This document shows positions 38,506-52,159 of a stretch of 64,000 bases of DNA, in pieces. Positions within the stretch are counted from its first letter, which is position 1. Every line of letters begins with the position of its first letter. The stretch covers positions 8,990,001 through 9,054,000 of the forward strand of contig OX597827.1 of the NCBI GenBank assembly GCA_951406725.2. The letters are read 5' to 3'. A program made the position numbers and the translations under genes. The notes beneath the pieces were generated by a model that saw nothing but the letters and a program-made list of their open reading frames with translations, searched no databases and had not been told where the DNA came from. This stretch comes from Octopus vulgaris. Taxonomy: Eukaryota.

Positions 38506-38998
38506 TATATTCAGCATCTTCCCATGTGTCATTATATTGTATCTTTTCAACTGTGGGTTGTAATGTTTCTTCGAATGAAGTATTTTTATTTTAAGATACA
38601 TCATGTTTATATCCTACAGCATTCTGTTAGCAATTGATTTCTGGTTATATTGAGAAAATAACTTTTTCTCTTAAATTTTAACAAGTTTTTAGTAGTTCTT
38701 TAATTTTGCCTTTAGAAAGTTTATAACAAGTATGCAAATAGAAGAAACTTTTAGAAGACAATGACAAAGAAGACGAAGACCGAAGTGTTGAAGTCTGATT
38801 TCAAGATGTTAAAACTTCACCAAATTAATGACAAAGGACTCACAACATATGGATAAATATATGTGCATAAGACAATTAAATTATCGCACAGGGGTTCCTC
38901 GAGCCAGTGGAATGTTTCCTTGGGGTTCCGCTCCAACAAAAATGTTGAAAAGCACTGATCTACGCTATCTATTAGTTATTATCTACAGATTCATTTTC

Positions 38999-39478
38999 TT
39001 AATTAAGACATGTTCTGTCGAGAGGAGAACCATACTGCACAAATCCAACATACACTAATAAATTATTTGGGATGCAGGGTGATAGACTGAATGTTGCCAT
39101 AGTCTGTTTTTCTAGCACTTGGTTTTTCAAGGCAGATATGGTTGGATAACACCCATGATTGTGATTATCCTTGCTTAACAATGCAGCTGGATCAATTGGA
39201 AATGGTTGCTTCTCACAAGACCCAATGGAAAGGGTAGTTGAGGACACTACCCCAGAAACCCTGCCAGGAGCTTGATTTGTCTTTCTTGATGATCCAGCTG
39301 AACCAATCGGAGATGGTTGCTTCTGAAAGGACCCAGTGGAAGGAGTGGTTAAGGGCTTTATCCCAACAACTCTTCCATGAGCTTGGTTGGTCTTGTTTGA
39401 TGATCCAGTCAGATCAATTTGAGATAGATGCTTCTGAAAGGACCCAGTGGAAGGAGTGATTAAGGAATCTACCCCCAC
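38999..39478 (-). other. Open frame containing ~2.7 copies of a 111-bp (37-aa) repeat; unknown product
   Basis: accca(a/g)tggaa recurs at 39220, 39331 and 39442; frame open with no indels. Confidence 0.45.
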
Positions 39479-39697
39479 GGCCCTGCTAGGATTAAGTGGA
39501 CAAAGAACATGAGATGAGATATTGTTGGAGTGGGACAGTTGCTATTCCCAGACCCATTACCAGACTTTGGCACCTGAGAGGTGCTTCAGTATATTCTGGG
39601 TGGGCACTAATTTGTAATAATGCTAAAGTGGAGTTTCAAAATAAGTGTGTCTCTGTAAATCTGAGGGTGCCCCACTGAACAGTGAGAAGACAATGCC

Positions 39698-39928
39698 TAT
39701 TTCTTTATTGCCCACAAGGGGCTAAACACAGAGAGGACAAACAAGGACAGACAAACGGATTAAGTCGATTACATCGACCCCAGTGCATAACTGGTACTTA
39801 TTTAATCGAGCCCGAAAGGATGAAAGGTAAAGTCGACCTCGGCAGAATTTGAACTCAGAACGTAACGGCAGACGAAATACCGCTAAGCATTTCGCCCGGC
39901 GTGCTAACAATTCTGCCAGCTCGCCGCC
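39698..39928 (-). mobile_element. Family B SINE
   Basis: 15-bp TSD tgagaagacaatgcc. Confidence 0.92.
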
Positions 39929-40330
39929 TTATGAGAAGACAATGCCATCCAGTACACCCCCTTATAGTGACAGGTATGGCTATTCCCTACATTTACTATT
40001 CATTATATGCATCCTAGTACAATATTGGAATAGCTGATGTCTTTTATAGTTTAGCTATCTTTATGTATATGTATTTTTTATGCTTGTCTTATCCACATAA
40101 GCAAATATATCTTCTATCTTTTTATATTTTGCTTGTTTCAGTCATTGGACTGCAGCCATGTTGGAACACCACCTCGAAGGCTTTTAATCAATCAATTTGA
40201 CATCAGTATTAATGTTACATATGTTGACTATTTTTTTAATTTTATATTTTTATTTTTAAATCAGATACTGAGTCTACCAGTTTCTTTTACTGAACAGCTG
40301 AGTTAAAGGGGATATAAATAAATCAATTCT

Positions 40331-40371
<41 letters not shown>

Positions 40372-40539
40372 ATATACTCAATATTGAGTGTATTCACTCT
40401 AATTTTCGTCTGTTATGGAACTTATATATATATATATATAAAACGGGAAGGTTTATAAAAATAAACAAAAGACGAAGGCAGGTGGAGTACAAACAAACAA
40501 ATGTATTAGTATGGCGCTCAGGAATAGAAATAGAACTAG

Positions 40540-40577
40540 TCTTTTACGTTTTGAGCCTACGCTCTTCGACAGAAAGA
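40540..40577 (-). ncRNA. Minimal hammerhead variant with GAAA changed to AAAA, inside a (TA)n-anchored insert at 40440-40650
   Basis: ucuuu-CUGUCGAA-gagc(guag)gcuc-AAAAC-GUA-aaaga. Confidence 0.5.
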
Positions 40578-41535
40578 TACACAGAAAAGAAACAAGGAGA
40601 GAAACAAGGAAGGAAAAAATGTGTGTAGGAGCTAACGGTCTATCATGGCGTTCTGACTTCAGGCAGAAGTCAGAGGTCAGAGGTCAGAGGTCAGATGTTA
40701 GACGCTAGAGGGATAGTAGGGGAGATAACTGGGTCAAGCGACTCCCAAAACGAAGGTGGCTCCAACACAAAGGTGTGTGTGAAAGAGGGCTGGTGGTCGG
40801 GATGTGTGTATGTATGTATGTGTGGGTGTGGAGATATGGGGATGGGTGTGTGGGTGGTGTGTTGTGATATGATATGTGTATGTATGTGTAGGTGTAAAGA
40901 TAGGGAATAGGGCAGCCAGAGTACTTTCCCATCTGTGGTGCACCCCACCCATACCACCCCTGCCACCTATACCGGGAGTCTTTATCCTCTGACCTCTACC
41001 AGATGCCTTTGTCCTGAGCACCTCTAACGACTTACTACACGGAATGCTTCCCCCTTCCCACTCCACCTTACCGAGAGTGTAGTGATTTTGAAGCACATAA
41101 AAGTTGATGGTATACTGTATGTATACCATCAAAGTATACATACAAAGTATACCAGTATGATGGTATACTGTATGTAGGTTGAAGGCTATTTGTATGTTTA
41201 CCAGATCTGCCAAAGCAAGCTTTCTTTCCAGATGCATAATGCGGCTGTCCCCCATCTCAGGATCTCACTGACCCACACCTTCCACACCCCCAGAGTTGGC
41301 ACACCTAATGTTGGCACATTGAAAGGTAGGTCTGATGAGATTGTTGAGATGCTTGAATGGAGATGTGTAGATTTGTGCTGCATCCAAAAAGTAAGGTGGA
41401 GAGGAAGTTCTACTAGGTTCCTCACAAGCAAAGAACATAGGTATAAGATTTTCTTGGCAGGGAACACTGAAGGGGCTTGGAGCATGGATATACTCTTTGC
41501 GGAGAAATGAGTTGATAAGGTAATCTAGATAGTCA

Positions 41536-41760
41536 GTGAGCTGGCAGAAACGTTAGCATGCTGGGCAAAATGCTTATTGGTATTTCGTCTGTCTCTACGT
41601 TCTGAGTTCAAATTGCGCCGAGGTCGACTTTGCCTTTCATCCTTTCGGGATCAATAAATTAAGTACCAGTTATGCACTGGGGTCGATGTAATCGACTTAA
41701 TCCGTTTGTCTGTCCTTGTTTGTTCCCTCTATGTTTAGCCCCTTGTGGGCAATAAAAAAA
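41536..41760 (+). mobile_element. Family B SINE inside the LINE
   Basis: TSD aatctagata(g/c)tcag. Confidence 0.9.
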
Positions 41761-43003
41761 AATCTAGATACTCAGAGTATGTGATAGAATACTTAAGCTT
41801 AGACTATTGCTGCAACATGGATTAGCAAGCATTATCTTGGCCTATGCCCCTCAGCCAGGGCTACCTGATGAACAGAAACACAGATTTTATGACACCCCCT
41901 TGCAGACAACTTCATTGACGAATAACAGGGGCCTTCTCTTTGTGGCTGGTGACTTCAATGGGCATGTTGGACAACATCCACAGAGTTTCCATGGTGCACA
42001 TGGAGGCAATGGATTTGGTTCCTGCAATGAGGAGAGAACCAGGCTGCTGAAGTTCTGTGATGCAAACGATCTTATGATCTGTAATATAACTTCAGGAAAC
42101 CTGCCAGTCACCTGTTCACCTACCAGTCTGGTAGGTACGCAATTCAGATTGACTACGTTCTCATCAGGAAATGGGAAACATACCTACTTATAAATGCCAA
42201 ATCTTTCCCAGGTGAAGAATGTACCCCACAACATAGATTAGTAGTTGAGTGACTTCAGGATCAAAGCTAAATGACAGCCCAGAAGATGACCAGCATGGAA
42301 AAGAAGTGTGTAGAAGCTTAAGGATTCTCTGAATGGACAGAGATTTAGAAACGTATAACTTGAAGCTTTTGACAAGAAAGAGGAGGATATAGCATCACAT
42401 AATGTGGAGGACAACTTGAGGCTCCTATGGGACAACTTGTTGAGGGTTACTGACTAGATCTGTGGCTGGTGGCAAGTCCCCTCTAGACCTAAGGTAACAT
42501 GGTGGTAGAACAACGTAGTTCACAGGGCCATTAGGGAAAAGAAACAGGCATGGAAAATACTGGAAGTGTGGTGGCAGTAGAGAAGTGTATCAAATTGCCA
42601 GAAGGGAAGCTAGGAGACAGGTTTATTTAGCCAGAGGGGAAGCAGATAAGAAAAATATTTGCCAGTGTTCTGCGTCATGAAGACCAGAGGCTTGAAGTGT
42701 TTCGTATTGCAAGACAGTATGTGAGAGAGAATCCTGATGTCATAGGAGAGAAATGTGTCCGCATGGATAATGGCTCACTTGCATTTAATGATGCTGCAAA
42801 AAGAGAGAGACTTGGAGACACCACTATGAAAGGTTGCTAAATGAAGAGAATGAATGGAAGAAAGAGCGTCTGCCAAATGTTGACCCAACTGAGGGAATTG
42901 ATAGTACCTTGGTAGATAAAGCAATTAAGGGTATGAAGACAGGGAAAGCCCCCAGCTCATCAAGAATCACTACAGTGTAGTCTATAGTCTAATCACCCAT
43001 ATA

Positions 43004-43415
43004 AGCGGAGGAGTGGCGGTGCGGTAAGTAGCTTGTTTACCAACCACATGCATCTGGGTTCAGTCCCACTGCATGGCACCTTGGGCAAGTGTCTTCTGCT
43101 ATAGCCCCGAGCCGACCAATGCCTTGTGAGTGGATTTGGTAGACGGAAACTGAAAGAAGCCTGTCGTATATATGTATATATATATATAAGTGTGTGTTTA
43201 TATGTTTGTGTGTCTGTGTTTGTCCCCCTAACATTGCTTGACAACCGATGCTGGTGTGTTTACATCTCCGTCACTCAGCGGTTCGGCAAAAGCGACCAAT
43301 AGAATAAGTACTGGGCTTACAAAGAATAAGTCCCGGTGTCGATTTGCTCGACTAAAGGCGGTGCTCCAGCATGGCCACAGTCAAATGACTGAAACAAGTA
43401 AAAGAGTAAAGAGTA
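43004..43415 (+). mobile_element. Family A SINE inside the LINE
   Basis: Inserted at tata with only a ~4-bp duplication. Confidence 0.92.
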
Positions 43416-44448
43416 TAGTCAACCAGGTGATATGTGAAGGAGTCATACCCAATGACTGGTGTAGCAGCACCAAAGTCAACTGCTACAAAGGTAAAGGTGA
43501 TGCTTTAGATAGGAATAATTAGAGATATCAAATTCTTGGACCAGATGATGGAAGTCACAGAGAGGGTCTTATCCCAACTAATTAGGGAGATAGTTAATTT
43601 AGATGAGGTGTATTTTGGGTCTGTGCCAGGGAGAAGCACCACTGATACTATATTTCTGGTAAGACAGGTGCAGGAAAAATTCCTAGGCAAAGATAAACCT
43701 CTGTACTTGGTTTTTGTTGACATAGAAGAAGCCTTCGACAGAGACCCCAATCCCTATCTAGCAATAGTTGAGTGGTTGGTGAGAGCTGTACTAGCCATGT
43801 ACAAGAATGCTGTCAGTAATAGGAGGGTTGGCAATGAGTATAGTGAAGAATTCCAGGTAGAAGCAGGGTTTCATCAAGGCTCAGTCCTCAGCCCCCACTT
43901 ATTCATCATAGTCTTCCAAGCAATAAAAGGGGAATTCAAGACAGGCTGCCCCTGGGAACTCCTCTATGCTGATGACCTTGCTCTAATAGCTGAGTCACTA
44001 CCAGAACTAGAAAAGAGGTTTCAGGTGTGGAAGCAAGGTATAGAATTGAAGGGCCTTAGAGTTAAAATAACAAAAAACAAACTCTTAGTGACTAGGAAGG
44101 CATACAAATCACATATCCCTTCAATTAGATGGCCCTGCTCAATATGTAGAAAAGGCATAGGTAGGAACTCCATAAGATGTACTCAATGTATGCTATGGAT
44201 ACATAAGAGGTGCAGTAATATCAAAGGAAGGTTAACTGGGAAGATAGTTTTTGTGCATGGCAGATGCAATAAACACTGAAGATATACAGAAAACAGATTC
44301 ATTCTCATGTCAGGTGAAAAAAACTAAAAGTAGCTGACTGCTTCCATTACCTAGCTGACCAAGTCAGTAGCTGGGGTGTGGAATCTCTGAAAGCATAGTT
44401 ACCAGAATAAGACTAGCCTAAGAAAGTTCAGAGAGCTCCTACCTCTGC

Positions 44449-44610
44449 TGTCGACCTCGGCGGAATTTGAACTCAGAACATAGCGGCAGACGAAATACAG
44501 CTACGCATTTCGCCCGCCGTGCTAACCTTTCTGCCAGCTTGCCGCCTTCAGTCAAACCATCCAACCCATGCCAGCATGGAAAGTGGACGTTAAACAATGA
44601 TGATGATGAT
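44449..44610. mobile_element. Family B SINE head (minus) joined to an RTE tail end (plus)
   Basis: Truncates the LINE. Confidence 0.75.
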
Positions 44611-44619
44611 ATATATATA

Positions 44620-44661
<42 letters not shown>

Positions 44662-44717
44662 TTCACAAACATATACACCTATATACGTATATGTATGTGT
44701 GTATATATATATATGTA

Positions 44718-44781
<64 letters not shown>

Positions 44782-44787
44782 CGCAGT

Positions 44788-44822
<35 letters not shown>

Positions 44823-45444
44823 GCATGTGCAGTCAGTAATTACTCAGGTGAACTTTATGTAGTAAAACACACAATGAATAAGCAAAACATAGACGTGCAA
44901 CTAAGTTGAAGACAGATTTAGTTCTACCTTTATAGCACGTGAAGAAAACAGTGTTGTAGGAGTGTACACAGCATGTGTACTGCAGCAGTACTATGCGTAA
45001 CTTAAATATTGAGATTGAAAGGCAGCAGCGAATTATGCCTACCTAATCTACAAAAAACAAATCAAATATTTAGCATTTTATGCATAGTAATCAGAGTAAC
45101 CTTTATAATTTTATTGAATTAGGTACATATTTTGCCATAAAAGGAAAATATTGCTATCGATCTATTTTATTCAAGGTAGGTACTACCTACCTTGCCTACC
45201 TAGATGGCATGTCTAAGCCAGGTTTTCTTTCTTCCTTTTGTTTATATTATATGCTCTTGTATTTCACTCTGATGAAGATCTGTTGCCTTAATTCGAATTC
45301 CCTATGAAGATGGAGAATTTCTGGTCCCTGGATTTGACTTCTTTGTTTGACGTTTTTATAGTTTATAGTGAAGAAATTGTCTCTCAAGTTGTACTAGCAT
45401 AGTTTTTGATTGATTTGTATATTGTTTAGGTACATATATATATT

Positions 45445-45490
<46 letters not shown>

Positions 45491-45588
45491 CGTGTGTGTG
45501 TGTTTATTAGGATTAAAGAAAATAAATTACATTGACAAATAAGGGAGAAAACTCTGTACATATTTCAGTATTGTATTTCCACAGCAAA

Positions 45589-46248
45589 ATCATCATCATC
45601 ATCATCATCATCGTTTAACATCCATTTTCCATGCTAACACGGGTTGGACGGTTCGACCGGGGTCTGGGAAGCCAGGAGGCTGCACCAGGATCCAGTCTGA
45701 TCTGGCAGTGTTTCTACAGATGGATGCCCTTCCTAACGCCAACCACTCCGCAAGTGTAGTGGGTGCTTTTTACGTGCCACCGGCACAGGTGCCAGGGGAG
45801 TCTGGCAGCGGCTATGATCGGTTGGTGCTTTTAACGTGCCACTGGCACGGAAGCCAGTCAAGGCGGCGCTGGCATCAGCCACGTTCAGATGGTGCTTTTT
45901 ATGTGCCACCGGCACAGAAGCCAGTCGAGGCAGCGCTGGCATCGCCCACGTTCGGATGGTACTTTTTACATGCCACCGACACAGAAGCCAGTCGAGGCGG
46001 CGCTGGCATCACCCACGTTCGGATGGTGCTTTTTTCGTGCCACCGACACAGGTGCCAGGGGAGTCTGGCAGTGGCCACGATCGGTTGGTGCTTTTAACGT
46101 GCCACCGGCACAGAAGCCAGTCAAGGCGGCACTGGCATCGGCCATGTTCGGATGGTGCTTTTTACGTGCCACCGGCACAGAAGCCAGTCTAGGCATTGCT
46201 GACATCTCCCACATTCGGATGGTGCTTTTTATGTGCCACCGGCACAGG
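45589..46248 (-). mobile_element. RTE 3' UTR with an expanded internal 62/67-bp tandem array
   Basis: 8 copies of GGTGCTTTTTACGTGCCACCGGCAC. Confidence 0.9.
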
Positions 46249-46602
46249 TAGACTGATTTGGGTAGTGATTTTAACATCGGATTAAATTATTACGAATTCT
46301 CCCCCCTTGTTGCCATTTCTTTATTTCCTCTCAACGTCAGAACCCATCATTACTCAAAGAGTCTGCAACAGTCTTCTTTCTTTTCTATGTCTTCTATGAG
46401 TATTGTGACAGTTGTGGAAGTGCTAGATATAACTAACTCCTTGTATTTTTGTCTCCTATGAGAGGTGTATGTTTAAGTAGACCTGGGAACAATATTGGCC
46501 AAGAGGTGGTTCCACAATCAGGGTTGCCATCTGCTTGATAAGTAATGGTTATGTCGGTGTTAGCATATTTCATGTAGTGAGCATCAAATAAACTAAATAG
46601 AA

Positions 46603-46633
46603 ATGATGATGAAGATGATGATGATGCTGATGA

Positions 46634-46667
<34 letters not shown>

Positions 46668-46732
46668 GGTGGTTGTGGTTGTGGCGGTGGTGGTGGTAGT
46701 GATTAAAATCTATATAAATTAAATATAAATGA

Positions 46733-46766
<34 letters not shown>

Positions 46767-46850
46767 GGTGGTGGTGGTGGTGGTGGTGGTGGTCTTGGCG
46801 GTGGTGGTGGTCTTGGCAGTGGTGGTGGTAGTGATTAAAATCTATATGGT
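46603..46850. repeat. Duplicated (GAT)n(GGT)n block
   Basis: Both units end gtgattaaaatctatat. Confidence 0.85.
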
Positions 46851-47246
46851 AAATACATAATGACTAAATAATTACTGCATCTTATCCAAATTATGTCTAA
46901 AAGTAATTACACTTAGTGAGATATTTTATCATCATTGCAATGTCTACTTTTTCATGCTTGCATGGGTTCAATGGAAATATGTCGAGGAAGATTTTCTTTG
47001 ACTGGATGCCCTTCCTGTTGCCAACCTTCTCCTGTTTCCATGTACAGTAAGCTTCCTCTATGGTTGTTAGATATGTTTACGCAGAAGGCTGAAAATGAAG
47101 GACACCACTTGTATTATGGTGACACTGGTTTACAAAATTCTCAGGATATCAAGACAGAGAGAGACACACAGAAACACGACTGGTTGTATTTGATGGTTTT
47201 CTGGTGTTGCTCATAGGAATGCCAATAGATGTGTATATCTGTATAC

Positions 47247-47740
<494 letters not shown>

Positions 47741-47744
47741 AGGT

Positions 47745-47962
47745 ATAATCCTTTCTACTATTGGCACAAGACCTGAAATTTTAGGGGAGGGAGTAGTTGA
47801 TTACATCAACCCTAGTACTCAACTGTTACTTAATTTATCAACACTGAAAGGAAAAAAAGGCAAAGTCGACCTTGGTGGAATTTGAACTCAGAACATAAAC
47901 ATGGGTGAAATGCTGCTAAGCATTTCACCCAACATGTTAACAATTCTGCTAGCTCACCACCT
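47745..47962 (-). mobile_element. Family B SINE, diverged
   Basis: Family match. Confidence 0.8.
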
Positions 47963-47989
47963 TTATACTCAGGTTTTAATAAAATTTCT

Positions 47990-48137
47990 TTGGCGTTAGG
48001 AAGGGCATCCAGCCGTAGAAACACTGCCAGATCAGACTGGGCCTGATGCAGCCTTCTGGCTTCACAGACCCCAGTTGAACCGTCCAACCCATGCTAGCAT
48101 GGAAAGCGGACGCTAAATGATGATGATGATGATGATG
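47990..48137 (+). mobile_element. RTE (GAT)n tail fragment
   Basis: Family match. Confidence 0.85.
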
Positions 48138-48699
48138 AGTATAAAACTAATTTTTGATGCTGCTCAATAAATTAATATGTTTAATTGAATTAGAGCTTTG
48201 TAAGTTAATGATATCTATTCTGTTAATTCTGGGAATTGAAAGATACAACCGGTACCAGTGAGGTTTGAACTAAGGGATGCGTTTCCCACTAGTTTTATGC
48301 ATCCATTGAAGTAGGGGGGAGTAGCAGAGTATGCAATAGGATCTGAAGAAACAGGTGAAGGCCTGTCTTAGCAAATACTGAATATAAACAGATTGAAAGT
48401 GGTATCATTTTTTTTTGAAAACTTGCCCGGTCGCAATGGTGGAAAGAAATGACTTGTTTAGTCTGTTTGGATGCTGACGATTTAGCACGGCTGACTGGAC
48501 ACTCAGCATGTTTTGGTGACAGTATATTGGCACTGGAGGCGTACATGCGCATGCTTGCACACACACACATGTACAGGCACATGCATACACACGTGCACAC
48601 GCATGCAGAAATTCTTGCATAAAGAGAGTGCGGTAGAGGGAGGAAGAGAGATTGCATGTACATATAAAACATAACTAAATGTTTGCTGTATAAACAGAG

Positions 48700-49078
48700 A
48701 CGGGGGAGAGGAAGGGGAGATGTATAGGGAGAAGGGGAGAAGGGATGGTGAGGAGGAGAGGGGATGGAGAGAAGGAGAAGGGACGGAGAGGAGGAGTGGG
48801 ATTGGAGAGAGGAGGAGAGGTAGTGGAGAGGAGGAGAGGGGGTGGTGAGGAGGAGAGGGGATGGAGAGAAGGAGAAGGGACGGAGAGGAGGAGTGGGATT
48901 GGAGAGAGGAGGAGAGGTAGTGGAGAGGAGGAGAGGGGATGGAGTTGAGGAGAAGGGACGGAGAGGAGGAGTGGGATTGGAGAGGAGGAGGAGGAGAAGG
49001 GACGGAGAGAGGAAGTAGAGGGAGAGCAAGATGGAAGAGAGAGTGAGAAGGAGAGAGAGAGAGAGAGAGAGAGAGAAG
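48700..49078. repeat. Polypurine G/A minisatellite, ~80-100-bp unit, 3 copies
   Basis: ggagtgggattggagag recurs at about 48793, 48890 and 48968. Confidence 0.85.
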
Positions 49079-49471
49079 GCAACATGAAAACAAGAGAAAC
49101 ATTAAACATTCTGATATTGAATAAGTCAGTTGAGTCAGTGACACCAAAGCGCCCATGCCAAAATGTCTCATACTCCTTGATAAAGAGAGGGGTGGGGTGG
49201 AGTGGGGTGGGGGTGGAGGCAGTGCTTACGGCCTTTTGCAGGCTTTCTGAGACTGATGAGATTGATGCCGTTAATGTTCAACTTTCAATGCCGCAAGCCA
49301 ACACTTGCTGAAATGTCATAAACTGGAAGGAAATTCCAAAGAGCCAACATTCTGGAAACGAAGGATTGAATATGGAGATTAGTGTGGTTGCTGCTAATAG
49401 ACTGGGGTGGAGGTAGACACAACGGGGGTGAGAAGAAGAGAGAAGTGACAGTGGCACAAGCCCAGCCAGAC

Positions 49472-49695
49472 TGGAGGTACATGACTCAGTGGTCAGGGTG
49501 TTGGAATCATTGCCATAAGATTGTGGTTTCGATCCCTGGGCCAGGCGATGCATTGTGTTCTTGAGCAAAACACTTCGTTTCATGTTGCTCCAATCCTCTC
49601 AGCTGGCAAAAATGAGTAATACTGTGATGGACTGGCGTCCCATCCAGGTGGGGAATATATATGCCACGAAACCAGGAAACTGGCCTTTATGCGTC
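49472..49695 (+). mobile_element. Family D SINE with V-like tail
   Basis: actgtgatggactggcgtcccatccag. Confidence 0.8.
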
Positions 49696-49705
49696 GGTAT
49701 GATAC

Positions 49706-49920
49706 AGGTGAGCTGGCAGAACCGTTAGCATGCCGGGCGAACTGCTTAGCGGCATTTCGTCTGCCGTTACGTTCTGAGTTCAAATTCCGCCGAGGTCGAC
49801 TTTGCCTTTCATCCTTTCGGGGTCGATAAATTAAGTACCAGTTACGCACTGGGATTGATGTAATCGACTTAATCCGTTTGTCCCATCTGTGTTTAGCCCC
49901 TTGTGGGTAGTAAAGAAATA
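49706..49920 (+). mobile_element. Family B SINE
   Basis: Direct repeat ggtatgatacagg on both sides. Confidence 0.9.
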
Positions 49921-51642
49921 GGTATGATACAGGGGTACAGTGGCCATTATAGTAACCTAAGAAAAGGCAGGGAGAGGAAACATCATACATGGAACCCAGG
50001 GGCTGGAACATGTCTAAGTAATTTTTTGTGACCAAGCACATGAGTGGACTCTCTCTGGGTACAGATTAGAATGTCTGTGTGTGCAGTAACGGCACCATAA
50101 CAGATGTGGGGGCAGTAATCTGTTGTAGAGTTTGCCATGACGAAAAACAGGCATTTAATAGTAAATATCCTTTTCTTGAGAGTAATAGCCTGGTGCATCA
50201 TCAACCAAATTCACAGCTTTAAATCTTCAAATTGTCGACAAAAGTGAATTATTCTTATAATTTCTATTCTGTACATTATAACCAAAATATTACAAGAATA
50301 AATCAGCACAATAGCATTTTGATAGACAATAAATATTTTTTTAAAATGTTTTAAAAGAAATATTACATAAAGATTTGAGTATCTCACAGAAGAATTCAAT
50401 GGAATGTCTACAACCATCCCCAGGAACTAGATTGCCAATACTTCATCAAATTGATCACTGCATATGATATGCATGATTCATAATTCTCTAATTTATCTAT
50501 TAATCTATTCAAGAAATATATATTGAAGTTGTGATGTTTATTCCTTTTCTAAAACATTAGCTGAATAAATTAAGCCATTCCATTCAGAATCTGGAACCGA
50601 TCTAGAGATATCACTTTCTAGAAAGTTGTTAGAGCATTATATACAGATAAATAAAATAATTTCCACAACTTGTGAAGTTTTTCGATAGAAGTTTCTTTTT
50701 TATTTTTATTTTATGCTAAACAAACGGCACTAATGAGTCAAAATAAAAAAAACTTGGCTGGATATGTCGATCTATCTTATGTTTTCACTTGATCAATATT
50801 GGTTATTTTAGCGCAATTAAATCCTTTAATGCAAGTAATTACCTCCCATACATACACTCTCCACAAAGCCACCATAATTAAGACATAAAATGAAGGTAAT
50901 TTGGCAGTAAATGTAATGGCATTAATAAATAAATAAAAATAGTAATAACAATAATAATAATCGTAATAATTTAGAATTCAGGACCAGATGGAAGATAAAA
51001 TAATTTCTAATCTGTAATGTATTAAACATTAACATTTATTTTATACCTTAATGTATTTACTTACTTATTACTTGAAAATAACTCTATCTATTTCACTTCT
51101 GTAATAGATGTGTAAAGATTTCAAATCCTAGATGCATAAATTTATCCATTTATTTTTCATACACCATGATAGATACTTTAGGGGTAACCAGAACCAGAAT
51201 GCTGAATAGACAGACACAACTTCACTTAATGTAAAGAAAAACTATTTGAAAAGTAGGTGTTCAGACTGTATTTGATAATGGAGATGCAGGTAGATATCGT
51301 AAAATGTATTCTAAATGTGTCATGCAATCGTGCGTTTTTGTATATTAGTAGGCAATAGGATAGTGGTGAATGGTAAGCAAATGTGTAGAATGATTTTAAA
51401 AAACTTTTCTGCTAAAATATATCATGATTGTTGAAGTGATTTTAACGATTACATTGGTGAACAGCAAAATCTCTAGATACTCACTGATATAAGTATAGTA
51501 ATATATAAGTATAGTAATAGATACCAGGAAATTTCTGATGCAAAGTGTTATATTATTATATGTAATAGAACCTCCCAACAAAATCAGAAAAATAAATTGT
51601 TGATGTCTACATTATACTCTACTTCATTATATTACATTACGT

Positions 51643-52028
51643 GGAGGCGCAATGGCCCAGTGGTTAGGGCAGCGGACTCATGGTCATAGGATCGCGGTTT
51701 CAATTCCCAGACTGGGCGTTATGAGTGTTTATTGAGCGAAAACACCTAAAAGATCCACGAGGCTCCGGCAGATGATGGTGATGATCCCTGCTGTACTCTT
51801 TCACCACAACTTTCTCTCACTCTTACTTCATGTTTCTGTTGTATCTGTATTTCAAAGGGTCGGCCTTGTCACTCTCTGTGTCACGCTGAATATCCCCAAG
51901 AACTACGTTAAGGGTACACGTGTCTGTGGAGTGCTCAGCCACTTACACGTTAATTTCACGAGCAGGCTGTTCCGTTGATCGGATCAACTGGAACCCTCAT
52001 CGTCGTAACCGACGGAGTGCTTCCATCC
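51643..52028 (+). mobile_element. Family C SINE, full length
   Basis: Matches 16131-16512. Confidence 0.92.
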
Positions 52029-52159
52029 ATATTACGTTACACACTCTTACATTCTGAGTTCAAATTCTGCCAAGGTCCACTTTGCTTTTTAACCTTTCAG
52101 GGTCGATAAAATAAGCACCAACCCCGAAATTGCTGGCCTTGTGCCAAAATTTGAAACCA

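Larger units (their letters stand above)
41190..44447 (+). mobile_element. Decayed RTE-clade LINE with APE, RT and a PHD-like Cys cluster
   Basis: RVGTPNVGTLKGR...LCCIQKVRW; AGDFNGHVG; HQGSVLSP; ELLYADDL; CSICRKG...CTQCMLWIHKRC; many stops. Confidence 0.92.

Noticed and set aside
43536-44279. Functional reverse transcriptase gene
   Set aside because: The surrounding LINE has stops, frameshifts, SINE insertions and a 3' truncation
45762-46248. CRISPR-like array of 25-bp repeats with ~40-bp spacers
   Set aside because: Spacers are copies of two sequences, the array lies inside a LINE 3' UTR, the context is eukaryotic and there are no cas genes
48295-49171. 222-244 aa Pro/Ser/Leu-rich ORFs
   Set aside because: Reverse complement of the polypurine repeat
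50070-50222. CCRVCHDE resembling a RING-v finger start
   Set aside because: The remaining Cys/His ligands are absent and the frame is short
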